DNA of 64,000 nucleotides from the human T2T-CHM13v2.0 reference genome, Homo sapiens (GCF_009914755.1 NC_060927.1), one strand, 5' to 3'. Counted from the first letter of the stretch, positions 32,982-44,755 are shown. The notes: generated by a model from the letters alone, not told the origin. A program made the numbers and translations.

Positions 32982-33839
32982 CTGCAAAAAGGGAAGTCAT
33001 TTCCTACACTGAAAATGAGGTATTGCTCCCAGTAATCAATTGGCTGCATAATTTCACTTCCCCTTGCTGGATTAAGGGATGATTCTGCCACTATACAATT
33101 TCTAATAGTAAAGACTAAGAGTGTGAAAAGTGAAAAAAATACAGGCATATTGCTATTTATAGTAGATTGATTTGTGACCTCACAGGCAACAGAACTTCCT
33201 CACACATTTAAGAAGTCTTGCATGACCCAAAGGAGTGAAACTAATGAACTGTCCAAATTTCAGCTGTGTTTTGCAGCTTGCCGTACAAATTGGACAAGCC
33301 CTTTACTATTAGAAGCCATTCCTCTGGTGGCATTCATGACTGTCATATTTTAAATTCATCACAAACTGGACTCAAATTCTCATCCACTGGTATGGAAAGT
33401 TGTTTCCTGTACTAGCAATGGAATAGCTAAAATAGAACACAAACAAACATGGCTTCCAATGATGATATCTGTTTGGAAAAATAATAACGTATCATGACGA
33501 ATGTCCCTTTCCTTCCTCAGAATAAATATATTCCCCCAAATGTATTTCTTCACTTGGTAACATAAGTAAAAAAGCAAAACCAGCTAGGATGTGATCTGCG
33601 ATAAACTAAGAGTGCACATGAACCACTAATTCCAATGTGTCAGTCAATCAGTCATCAAAAAACTGTAGTTGTACTGCCTGCCATGCACTTCAACCATCCT
33701 CAGGATACATACATAAATAATACGGTTCCTAATTAGGGAGGTTAGATTTGTGGACAGCAGAAGACAAGTAACAACATAAGGTAGCATGTAGTCAAGTAGC
33801 AAGTGAGTGACCCAGATAACAACTGTTGTAGGACTAGAG

Positions 33840-35163
33840 CACTGGTTCTCAAAGCGTCTGTGGAGGTCCTCGAGACTCAGGGGTTCTGTGAGGCTAGAAC
33901 TATTTTAAAGTACGAAGGTGATATTTGCCTTTTTCACTTTGCCAGTGTTTTCACTGATGCTGGGTGAAACTGTGGTGGTCTTGGCACAAAGCAAGGAAGT
34001 GGAATCAAATTGTAGCAAAAAAAAAAAAAAAAGTCAGTTTCACTCAAGAATGTACTGGATAAAGCAGTAAAAAAAAAAGGTATTTGACTAAATTTATTAA
34101 ATCCTGACCCTCTAGGGTATGTCTTTTTAATATTTTGTGGGACAAAATAGAAATGATACGTAAAGTGCTTCTATTACACACAGATGTACGAGGGCTGTCT
34201 AGGAGAAGCACTAGTGCAATTGAGTTTCAAGTTGAACTAGTCACTTTTTTTATAGAATAGCATTTTTATTTGAAAGAACAACTGACTGACAAGACAAATT
34301 GTGGTTATTCAGACTCGAATATTTGGCAGATTTTTTTTCTCAGAAATAAACAAAGTGAGCCTGTCACTTCTAGGAAAACAATTGACAAGATTTTTTTTAA
34401 CCAATGATAAAATTATTTGAACTTACAAGTAAAAATTAAAATATTGGAAAATTCATATCCTAATATGTAAAATATTTCCTGATGAAATACAACTAATGAA
34501 TATGATATTTTTGATATTGTACAATGAAATAGACATTTGGAAGAGCTGCATAATTCAGTGAAGGAATAATTTCCCAGTGACCATTACATGCTGTTACAAA
34601 TCACTCACTGTATTATGATTTGCGTAAAACATCCAAGCAATAGACCAGTGGGTTTTAATGTAACAGAATATGAAAAGTTTATTGATATGCACTTAAATTC
34701 CCCATTGCAATTAACTTTTTTGAAATTATCATTTGAAGGATTTTGTAGTAGTATTAAAGACTATCCACAATTATCTGAAAACACTCCTTTCTTCAATGAT
34801 GCTTCTCTTTGGGGACAGATTTTCTTATGTACTTAACCTACACAACATGTCACAGTAGATGAAAATGCAGAAGCTAATATGAGAATCCAGCTGCCAGATA
34901 TTAAAGAGACTTCCAAAATATAAAATAACATTTTTCTCAAATTTTTGTTTGGGAAAACACTTATTATTTTATTAAAATGTGTTACTTACGTTAATACGTA
35001 ATGGCCTTGTCATTATTATAAATTAAGTAACTCAAGTAACATATTTTAAACATTTCTCCAATTTTAATTTCTAATACAGTAGTATCAATAGATGCAATCC
35101 TCATAAACTTACATAAACAAAAGCTTTGTGGGGCTTTAAGACGAAAATATTTGAGAATCACTG
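33840..35163 (+). mobile_element. Charlie1-family (Charlie1a-like) hAT DNA transposon with decayed transposase
   Basis: TIRs cactggttctcaaa / tttgagaatcactg; perfect 8-bp TSD gactagag (33832-33839, 35164-35171); remnant of LLLHT.VR.LSR motif near 34170-34205. Confidence 0.9.
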
Positions 35164-35929
35164 GACTAGAGAAAGAGCAGCCATCAGGAGAAGTTAGAGA
35201 AACTGTTCTCTGGGACCTGCTATTTCATAATCTCCAAACACACCCTTCCTCCTCCAGCGCTTTATGACCCAGACTGAATGGTGTTGATTATTTAGAGTTG
35301 GCCAATTTACACTAGTGTTCTTCAGGTAACATTTATATTTGTGGAAATGCAATATAAAATCCTTAAATGCAGCACAACTCCTTCATAATCACAGACCTAC
35401 TATTAAGTGGCAGAACTAATAACACATAGAATAAATATACGAGATTTTGCCAAGTATCAGTGGTTCTTTTCCATGTCCAAAGCCTCCCTTTTAACATTTA
35501 TTATTATCATTTTCCAACCCTTCCATGGACCTAATATAATTAAAGATATTGTCTAGCAAACAAACTACATTTATTAACAGTAAATTTATTTTCCTACTTT
35601 GGATTGACTTTATGCAATGCCAGGCAAAGCAAAAACAATAGAATTTTCTGCAGTAATCACGCAATATCTGTTTAGATTTTTGAAAATTTAAACTAGGTTG
35701 TAGATTCCTCCCCACCCCATCATTACTTCCAAAAAGCACTTGGGATATAGAAACTCGAGGTTGAGATCCTCTGTGGCCTGTAGGTTTTGGTTTTGTTTGA
35801 ATTTAGCTTTTGGTTTTTGGTCACTCAAATCATGACAGAAATAAGTTTTCCCATTTTTGCTCAGTGATCAGATATCTGAGAATCCAAGGTTTGAATCCCT
35901 TATACGGATACATGCAGTTTTAGGGTTTG

Positions 35930-36085
35930 CAGTGAGACAATGAAAAAGCCTGGGCTCTAAAATCAGAAAATGGCCTTCCAGTTAATAGCTGTGTAAATGT
36001 AGGCACGTCGATCAAGTTCACTGAACCTTAGTTTCCTTATATGTAAAATAGAGCTAATCATATCTACCTTGCTTAGCTGGTATGT
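35930..36085 (+). mobile_element. MIR SINE
   Basis: gggctctaaaatcaga..tagctgtgtaa..ctgaaccttagtttccttatatgtaaaatag. Confidence 0.75.
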
Positions 36086-37856
36086 GGCACAGGAAATGAT
36101 AGACATTATTATTCAGCAAATAAACCAAGTTGTGCTATAAATCCATAGACTGCTTTCAATATTGAAATTATTTCATATTTTTGCCAATTTGTGGCAAAAA
36201 AATGTAAAAGACACTTTTGTGATTGGTCCTTGGTATAGTTTTGCTCCTTTAAACATGGACTAAAACTTGCCCATGCTCAGTGTGCAGGTCCTTCAACACA
36301 TTTGAAGGTGAACAGTGCTGGTCCCTGACAAACTTAAAAATTGTTCAGGTTTATCTTTAGGCACAAAGAATAATCTGTGTTCTCAAATGCCATAGTGACC
36401 TCTGTCCCACGGTTCAACAGCTGTAGGGCTATCCATAGAAGCAGCTGGGCCTCTGGTTTCTCTTAGTATCATGAACCCAATATGGAAATCCTCCCCCTCA
36501 GATTTACTCACATTACTTCCCTGACCTTTCCTTCCTCTAATTCCTCCTCTCCCCTCTCAGATACAGATTTTATACTTTCCTACAAATGTTCTGACTTTAA
36601 TTAGTATTCATCATTAATTTGAAGAGAGTCTATATTCTGACATCATGATATGAACTTTCCATGTTAATGAAATTTCTGACAATTTAGTGTGCTATTGAAA
36701 TTCTTCCCTTCTCTAGTGGTTATGGTTGCATTTCTAAAATCTGTTATGATGTTGGAAGAATTACATTAAAAGTAGATATCATCAATGTTTTGTTCATTAT
36801 TGTAATAAAATGAAAACATCTTAGTGTTGTGTTATAAATCCTATAATTAGTCTGTAATCCTTCCCTCCCTTCCAAAGGTATTTCAGGGATTAGAGTTTTT
36901 AATTGTGCGTGAGATTCATAAAGTAGGGGCACAGCCTTGTTACTACTATTACACATTTTTTTTCATTTGGATAATTTAGCCGTTATCACTTCAAAAATCT
37001 ATTTAGAGATGACTATAATAGCTAGTCTCTACATTTTTACATTGGATTTTTCTTTCTTCCAAAAAAATTACTGCTCCACAAACCCCAAATATATTTTTAA
37101 TTTAGGGAAAAAGTGCTTATATCTGAGAAAATGTGGATTTGGAGAATATATAGAACCTTTCCTCGGGAATTCCGAAAACTCAAGCGCTCTGGCTTACCAA
37201 GTGAAGTAGGTTTTCAGGAAATCCCAGCCCCTCAGGACTCTCGATCTGAACCAATCCCAGCTGCCATAGCTCCGCGCTCCCGGGATGGGGCTGTGTTGCC
37301 CACGCCTCGCGGCGCGGGCGGACACACACCCTGCTAGGACTAGCTCAGTCCTCCCAGTTTCCCTTCCGAGATGCCTCGGAATCTTTACCACGGTTATCAA
37401 ACGATTCTGTGGATCAGTAGTTCCCAACTTCTAGGGACAGACGCCCTTTTAAAATTCAACGTAACAGACCACCACCCTCCAAACAGACTGTGATAGCCGT
37501 ATTTTTAAATTCTCTACTGATTGAGAAAACTCAAAAACAATTAAAAACTCCAATAGAGCCTACAGTACTTTCAAATGACTGTATATTTTAATTATAGCAT
37601 TTGTATACAACTGAGTTTATTTATCTATGCTGTACGCTAAGTTTAGGGGCAGGCTTGGTGCACAGATGGTTTCGCCCACCCTTTGCACAGGGCAAGCCCC
37701 CCCCAGGCGCCCAGGCTGGGAGGCCCAAGTCCCGGCAGCTGCTGCGGTGGACTTAGAGGCAGCAGCTCCTGCTTCTGCCCCAAACGTTCAGTGTAGTCGG
37801 ATTCCCGGGGACAGCAGGGCAGTCTGCGCGCACATCCCCGGGGCATCGCAGGACAC

Positions 37857-37875
37857 CTGCTGCCCCCTATCGGTG
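37857..37875 (-). promoter_or_regulatory. Putative CTCF motif
   Basis: Minus strand CCGATAGGGGGCAGCAG versus consensus CC(A/G)(C/G)(C/T)AG(A/G)(G/T)GGC(A/G). Confidence 0.4.
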
Positions 37876-38499
37876 GTGAGAACAATAACCCGAACCCGGT
37901 TGGAATCAACTGGAAGAGGCCTTTTGAAAAAAAGAATATTCCAGGACTACGCAGTAGCCAGACGACTCTCTAAGAACATGGGTTTCCGCAGTCAGCTCCG
38001 ACTGCCTCGTTTTAATGCAGTTTTTCGCCATTGTAGGAGAGCATGCTGGATCGAAGAGGACTCTGACACTGCTTCGGTGAAGGCGGGGAGTGGGGAAGGG
38101 GGGGTGTTGAAGGGGTTCAAGATACACCCAAGGGTCTATTTGTTTTCCACCTCCCTATTCAGCAACCCATCTGGTCCTTATGCAAAGCACTTGCCTTCTC
38201 CCGGGATGGGGACACACATCAGAGCACAGCGTGGTGTTTTCCCAAGCCCCCGAGGCACCTGTTCCCTCACATTACACCTTGAGGAGAGTCCAGTGACCTC
38301 TGCTGCAGAGGCGACAAAGGCTCCCTGGGAAGCCGGCCTCAGTGGTGTCCAGGAATGGCTTTCAAACAGCGTGTACTCCTGTGGTCCCTTTAATAAACAT
38401 AGGACTATGCTTCAGAAAAGCAAAAATAAATGCCGAGAAGTAAAAGGAAGCTATCGGTTACCCCGTTACCTCTGAAGCCTGTATATGTGAAATTTTCTT

Positions 38500-38569
38500 C
38501 TGAGACCGAGCATTAAAATTTGCTTCCACTTGGACATAGCCAAGATTGCTAACAGGCTGGGAACGTGTG

Positions 38570-38600
<31 letters not shown>

Positions 38601-38745
38601 TGCTACATACTCTGGGATTTCTAATTTTATTTTCATCACTTTCTCCCCGCTTATTACTACCCCCCCACCCCAATACACACACACTTGGCAGTATCCTAAC
38701 TTCTTCACTCTTGTCCACATTTGTCTTGGCGCTCTGGGGAAGAAG
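38500..38745 (+). ncRNA. Candidate first exon of an antisense transcript (donor AAG|GTAAGA at 38745; 5' boundary unknown)
   Basis: Near-consensus donor; downstream plus-strand acceptor gcttttcttccag| at 39710. Confidence 0.3.
38564..38600. repeat. (TG)n microsatellite in promoter region
   Basis: Direct observation. Confidence 0.92.
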
Positions 38746-39459
38746 GTAAGAATAGATAGACGAACGAAGGTGCGTGCAAGAAAGGAGGGAGGGGAGGAGG
38801 TACGGTCGGCTTGCACACCAGACTGTGCTTGTTTGAGCAGGAATAGTGGCGGGGTGTCTTCGAGAGGATAACGGAAATGCCCCACCACACGCCCACAGCG
38901 CAAGTGCCGGCGTCCCCAATCGGCCAGTGGCAGCAGCAGAACCGGGGTCCACTTGGCACCTCAGGGGCTCTCGCCCGTCCGCTCTGGGCGTCGGGCTGTC
39001 CAGTTTCCCTGGGAATCTGGGAGAGGAAGGAGGCTTAGCTAGCTCTGTTCTCCCTGCCAGTACGCTGTGGCGGCGGCCCCTGGCCAGGGCCCGGCCAACT
39101 CCCCGCTCTTGGGTGGCTGCAGGTGCCCAGTGGCCCATCCCCAGCGGGGGCGAAACGCCGAGCTGGCCGAACCTTCCACACGTCCAGCTCGGAGTGCGTC
39201 TCAGTCGCGCGGCAGAGGCCCCTGGGCCCGGGCGCTCTGGGTTCCCGCGGCCTGTGGGCGCGGTGCACAAGGGCGCGGGCGGGCGGCGGCAGCTCCCAGG
39301 CGGAAGGCGCGGCGGGGCCACGGTCACCGCCGCCGCCGCCGGGGCTCGGGCGGAAGCGCGGGCTCCGGGGGGAGGGGCTGCCGCGCCCCGCCAAGGCCCA
39401 GGGATCCCGGCCCCGAGCGGCTCCCATCCGAGCAGCAGCGGATCCCGGGCCGCCCTTAC

Positions 39460-39720
39460 CCTCGCCGGGCAGGGATGAGCCCTGGTCAGGTTCAGCCGCA
39501 ACCCCGCGCGCGGCGGGGCGAGGCCGAAGCCCACGCAGGTCCGCCCGGTGTGCGTCTTTCACTCGCACACACTGAGCCCCTTGCCAGGCGCGCAGGCCCG
39601 GGCTACGAGGCCGGCTGCTCCGCCGTCTGCCACCTCCAGGACCCAGAGCCGCCAGCCCTGGGCTCCCGGCAAGCTGTGACTTCCCGGATGGGGCCATGCT
39701 TTTCTTCCAGGACAATCGGG
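39460..39720 (-). other. Probable first exon of a minus-strand gene (donor AGG|GTAAGG at 39460; TSS approximate)
   Basis: Strong donor within the CpG-island core, followed on the minus strand by a GC-rich intron start. Confidence 0.55.
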
Positions 39721-40434
39721 GCTCCTCCCCTCCCGGCGATCTTTCTAGGAGGCCACCTCCAGAGACTGCGAGGCGATTTCCTCCCTGCCGGTACCAAACT
39801 GTAACTCCTCTCGCTACAGACGCGGAGAACCAAACGCTGACTATTTGGCGAGGGACCACCACCACCCAGAAAAACACACGGTTCAGTGTGCGTTGATTGT
39901 TTGCATCAGCGAGTTCATGGCGAATAGAAGTTCTCTATTTTTGATAGCCCTGATTTTCAAGCGTTTTAAAAGTTACGTTCTGTTTTCTGCTTGGTCAACA
40001 ACACGGAAAATGGAATATTGCTTTTTTTGTGATTCAAAATCAATTGTAGTTACAATGACTTTGAGAATTTCACGGCATCTTGTGAGATAAAATGGAGATG
40101 CGCACCTAGGTGAGAGTCACTGGAGTGGATTACGCAGTGGCCGGCTGGATCCGGCTAACAGTCTCTGAGGCTCATTCCTTTTCGTAATCAGCTCGCCCAC
40201 TCTAGTAGGACTTTCATCTTTAAATTATTTTTTAATTATCATGAGGCTCTCAGTCTAAGATAGCAAAGATTGAGCGCCACATTTAAGCAGTTCTCTCAAA
40301 CTAGCTTTACCTTTTTAGGGAAGTAATTCCTGGGCTAATCATTTCAGATCTGAGAACAAAAGAAGTTGCTAAAAAAAAAAAAAACAACTTTTATTTACGC
40401 AGCAGATACTTATGGATCGTCTACCTTGCACCAA

Positions 40435-40468
40435 ACGCGCGCGCGCGCACACACACACACACACACAG
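40435..40468. repeat. (CG)n(CA)n alternating purine-pyrimidine tract
   Basis: acgcgcgcgcgcgcacacacacacacacacacag. Confidence 0.92.
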
Positions 40469-40574
40469 TGAATACTGTGGGCTATACAAATAATATATAA
40501 CATCTGTTGAATGATTAATATGTGACAGGCAATATACTTGCTACTTAAAAAGGATTCTATCATTTTACCCTCCC

Positions 40575-40730
40575 GGGGACATATGAAGTAGAGATATTAT
40601 CATCCCTGCTTTACCTATGAGAAATATACGAGTCATGAAGTAACTTACTCTAGGTCACCCAGTTAATAAGTGGCAGGACAGGACATTACACTTTACGCCC
40701 AGTCTGATACAGAGACCTCAGCCCAACCTC
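40575..40730 (-). mobile_element. MIR SINE
   Basis: attatcatccctgctttacctatgagaaa..aagtaacttactctaggtcacccagttaataagtggcag. Confidence 0.75.
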
Positions 40731-41105
40731 TACAATGTGTCCTTCAGTCAGATCTGGGAATCTGTATATTTTGGAACCACCTTAGGTGAATGTGATAGAA
40801 TTAGAACTTGAGAAGCCTTGATGTAATCAAACTTCCTCATTTTCCTGATCAGAAAACAAACTCAAAGAAGCAATTTTTCTGGAAACACACAATTGCAGAA
40901 AGAGATTCAGAGAGGCTGTTCCTGGTTTCTTGGCTAAGGTCCTTTCTACTATCCAGACTACATTGGCTCAGTCCAGGAGGAGTCAAAGAAGGTAAATAAT
41001 TCAACAGTTACAAAAAGTGTACAGTCAAATCTTGATTATCCTTAGTTTCCCCTTCAAATTGCTTGCCTTCTGGATTTTTGACTGTTAATCTAGTTTCTCT
41101 CCCAG

Positions 41106-41160
41106 AGGGAGAGAGAAACCGTGTGAAACTCGATTATTTCATTTCTGCTCATGTTACCTG
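41106..41160 (+). ncRNA. Candidate 55-nt exon of a plus-strand divergent/antisense transcript
   Basis: Acceptor gtttctctcccag| and donor ctg|gtaaga; a second possible exon at 40853-40991 (ttttcctgatcag| ... aag|gtaaat). Confidence 0.35.
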
Positions 41161-41192
41161 GTAAGAACGCTAATATTATAAAGGAAAATGGG

Positions 41193-41637
41193 GGCCAGGC
41201 ATGGTGGCTCATGCTTGTAATCCCAGCACTTTGGGAGGCCAAGGCAGGAGGATAGTAGAAGTTCAAGACCAGCCTGAGCAACACAGACAATCCATCACCC
41301 CCCCCCCCCGCAACCCCCAGCCCCACCCCCACCCTATCTCTGCAAAAAGAAAAAAAAATGGGCATGGTGGTGCATCCTGTAGTCCTAGCTACTCAGGAGG
41401 CTGAGGTGGGAGGATCATTTGAACCCATAAATTCATGGCTGCAGTGAGCCATGGTCATGCCACTGCACTCCGGCCTAGGTGTGGTGGTGTGCACCTGTAG
41501 TGCAGCTATTCAGGAGGCTGAGATGGGAGTGTTGCTTGAGCCCAGGAGGTCAAGGCTGCAGTGAGCCATAGTGCACCACTGTGTACCAGCCTGGGCAACA
41601 GAGAGACCCTCTCTCAAAAGAAAGAAAGAAAGAGAGA
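41193..41637 (+). mobile_element. AluJ-type element with duplicated right arm (three arms) and C-rich insertion
   Basis: Left arm, C-run insert at ~41297-41334, right arm 41360-41478, second right arm 41478-41615, (GAAA)n tail. Confidence 0.88.
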
Positions 41638-41679
41638 ACCATGCAGACTACTGCCTTTTCTCAACAACTCTGAGCAAAT

Positions 41680-42175
41680 TATTTCCTTTACCTAAAATCA
41701 TTTGCTGATCTCCCATCCATTCTACAGGATAAAATTAAAATTAGACTTATGAAGAAGGCAGATAAAATATTACATGATATTACTACTTTTCATCACCCAC
41801 AATTCTGCCTCTCATCAAACTTTAAGCAATACTAAACACGCTGTAGTCCTCTGCACATATAGTGCTGTCCCCTGCTTTGTGTTCTTGCATTATTCCCATC
41901 CTCTGCCTGGCCTTCCTTCCACACCTGTCTCTTGGAAAATGCCATTCATTTCCCAAAACTCTGCTCAGACAGCACCACACATGTGAATTTTCCTGACCCT
42001 CTGCTACCTCCCACAGAGCAATAACCTCGCGCTTGTGCAGCAGACCTCTTCTGTTCCTTACATAGTCTCTTTTATGGCTCTTAATCTGTATAATGAGTTG
42101 TTTCCATATCCTTAATCTGTATAAGGAGTTTTTCCATATCCTTCTCTTCTCACTAGAGCTCCTGAGGAATCTGTC
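41680..42175 (+). mobile_element. L2 fragments
   Basis: ctcccatccattctacaggataaaatt; tattcccatcctctgcctgg; cactagagctcctgagg. Confidence 0.55.
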
Positions 42176-42890
42176 TATGTAAACTTTGTTTAGTGTATCT
42201 GAAAACTTAGGAAAGAGGCTAAACTTACTTTAAATAGAATGTTACATTTTCAAATAATACCTTCAGTATGTTTAAAGCAATATGTCCATTTGTCATATAC
42301 TACGGAATGTCAAAAAAATCTGAAAACAGAGGAAAACATAGTGTATTTATTATACTTTTTCACATTACCCCATTACTTTAAATTTAGAGGTATTTAAACT
42401 TCTGGAAACTTTTCTGGAGAATGAGGAAAAACATACTAAGCAGATTTGAAAATGTAACTAAAATAATGTTTAAATATAAGTACACACTGTTTCCTGACTT
42501 TCAGACACCTTGTAATCCGGGGACCTAACACTATGTCCCAGTTCCCAACACATAGAATCTGTTGAATTGTTCTAAACTGAACTGAGCAAATAGTTTAAAT
42601 ATCCATGGATCCAGGACCTTCCAGTTCTAGCTTATCACAGTTCAACCTTCTGTCTCTCCTTTTGGTGAGCTCGTATCAGCTTTAGTCACTTTGTCAATCA
42701 ACCCCTGTATTTGCTCTTTCCATTTGTATTAATGCTTTTAGCTAAATTATAATTGTATGTATGCTGTTTACATTTATTAGGGAAGGAGGTCCCTACATTC
42801 TTCCCCATTGGTGACAGTACAAGTTGTTGAGGGTTAGAGACAATTAATGGAGCAATAGAGTAGATAAGGCCTTCAAAACAGCTACTGGAT

Positions 42891-42955
42891 CATTCATTCA
42901 TTTATTCAACAAATATTTTTTCAGCATCCATTATGTGTCAGACTCTGAGCCAAGG
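42891..42955 (-). mobile_element. L2 3' terminal fragment
   Basis: cattcattcatttattcaacaaatattt..tatgtgtcagactctg. Confidence 0.7.
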
Positions 42956-43889
42956 AATGGCCTCCCAGACATGTAGAGGAGTCCTGTTTTATCCAACCTC
43001 CCCACTTGTACTTATTGCACAATTTCATACTGCTAGAAGCTTATGAGTGGGCAAATGTTTTCTGTACCATCCGGGACCATGAGGGTGTCCCAAGACTAGC
43101 CACTTAAAGATTTTGCTTGAATAAATTTTCCATGTCAGGTCAACTCTTTAGTGAATAAAGCACATTGTGTATATTTATGCAAAATTCAAAAGGTAATTGA
43201 TAAATATTTACAGAACCTCTGGAGCACAAATAGGTATACCCATGGACCACTTCCTTGACAAATGGTCTCAAATTAACAAACTGATCTCATATGATAAGGA
43301 ATCTGCATCTCTAGAAGGGTTTATTTCGCATTTAATATAATAATACCATGACTATCTTATATGTCTGTTTATTTAGATATATTAGTAATGTTTATATGCT
43401 CACCACAAGGTAATTAGAAAGAATGCTTGTGAGATAATAGGTATAGTTTAATATACTTTTTAATATCATTAAAGTAGACTTTGTATATCACCAGGGAGGA
43501 GAATCTAGAACTCTAGATTCTTTCATTCTAAGGAAAGCAATGGGAAATATAGCAAGCTATGGAGAATTAATGAAGTCTGTAGTTCAGAGAAGAGATTATA
43601 TTCTCCAACAAAAACACTTTCGGAACTTTTGGCTCAAAAAGCATTTCTTAGAGTACAGATTTGAGAAATAAGGGATATAAACATATCATTTTTTGGAAAC
43701 GCAGTTTTATTTATTTATTTTTCTTTTAATCCTCATTGACACTCGGGTTGTGTCTCAATTTGCAAAGCAACCAAAAATATCCAGTCGATTATTTGAGTAA
43801 TTTAGACCCCTAGATAAATTGCTTGAATTACCTCAGTAGTTATCACCATTATAATTGTATTAACTTAAATGAGGAGAGGTAACACAATA

Positions 43890-44105
43890 TATTGGAAATA
43901 TTTGGAGCCAGATGATTTGGATTCAAATCCTGACTCTTCAGTTTGCCAGCTCTATGACCTTGCATCACTTCTGTCCTTTTGTGGCTAAATCCTTTGTGAA
44001 ACAGGTATATCTCTACTGCCCTGTCTACCAACAGGGGGATACTGTGAGAATCAAATGAGGTAATGGATGAGAAACTGCACTGTGAAATGCACAGCAGTGC
44101 AAATG
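43890..44105 (+). mobile_element. MIR SINE
   Basis: ttggagccaga..ggattcaaatcctgactct..tgtgagaatcaaatgaggtaatggatg. Confidence 0.8.
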
Positions 44106-44495
44106 TGTTTCTGATGTAGGTCACACAATTTTCAATTAAGAGAAATATTCCTTGAAATTTAATAAAAGGAATATCCAAATTGATTCTTGGAATCACTCAC
44201 AGAATAGAATTCTCTGAATTAGATAACAAGAAACCACTTTCTCAAATATTAGTCCATTTTGTTTTGCTTTGTATTTGATCAGGAAAATGAGTTCTGATAC
44301 TGCTAGAGCTGCCAAACAATTTCTACTCTGATTCCTAAACTGGTGAGGAAAGCACCAATGCAATGACAAAAAGTATCATTGACTTCTCCTGTCCTTTTAC
44401 AGAATTTATTTTACTATGAGTTTGTATTATTTTTACTAATTTATTTTATAGGATTCATTATTAGTATCTATAATGATAGCTAATAAAATATTTAT

Positions 44496-44755
44496 AAGGG
44501 GGAAATGGGAAGATGGTAATCGAAGGCTACAAAGTTGCAATTATGTTGGTTCAATAAGTCTAGAGATCTGATGTTCAGCATGAGGACTATAGTTAATGAC
44601 AATGTATTGTATACAGAACTTTGCTAACAAGATTTTTAGGTATTCTTAAAAAAGTAACTATGCGAAATAATGCATATGTTAATGTCTTTGACTACAGTAA
44701 AGTAGTATGCATATAAAAATATGATGTACACTTATATATACACAATTTAAAAATT
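44496..44755 (+). mobile_element. L1MA (MA8/9-like) 3' end
   Basis: tacaaagttgcaattatg..aataagtctagagatctgatg..agcatgaggactatagttaat. Confidence 0.8.

Larger units (their letters stand above)
38470..38800 (-). other. Candidate alternative first exon (donor GAG|GTAACG at 38470; 5' boundary unknown)
   Basis: Donor motif downstream of the CpG-island core on the minus strand. Confidence 0.35.
37270..40200. promoter_or_regulatory. CpG-island promoter (core ~38840-39900), probably bidirectional
   Basis: Sharp rise in GC and CpG density against a CpG-depleted background; GC boxes (gggcgg, ggggcg), ETS-like acttcccgg, CCAAT at ~38916; splice donors on both strands. Confidence 0.92.

Noticed and set aside
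38458-39877. Long overlapping ORFs (358, 280, 245, 210 aa) in the CpG island
   Set aside because: Open frames on both strands are expected in stop-poor GC-rich DNA; the products are low-complexity A/G/P/R with no recognisable domain.
37270-40200. Assigning a gene name to the promoter
   Set aside because: No coding exon I recognise is in the window; naming a gene would be a guess without a BLAT search.
43500-43521. Short perfect inverted repeat agaatctaga-ac-tctagattct
   Set aside because: A single 10-bp stem in 64 kb of AT-rich DNA is compatible with chance; no supporting context.
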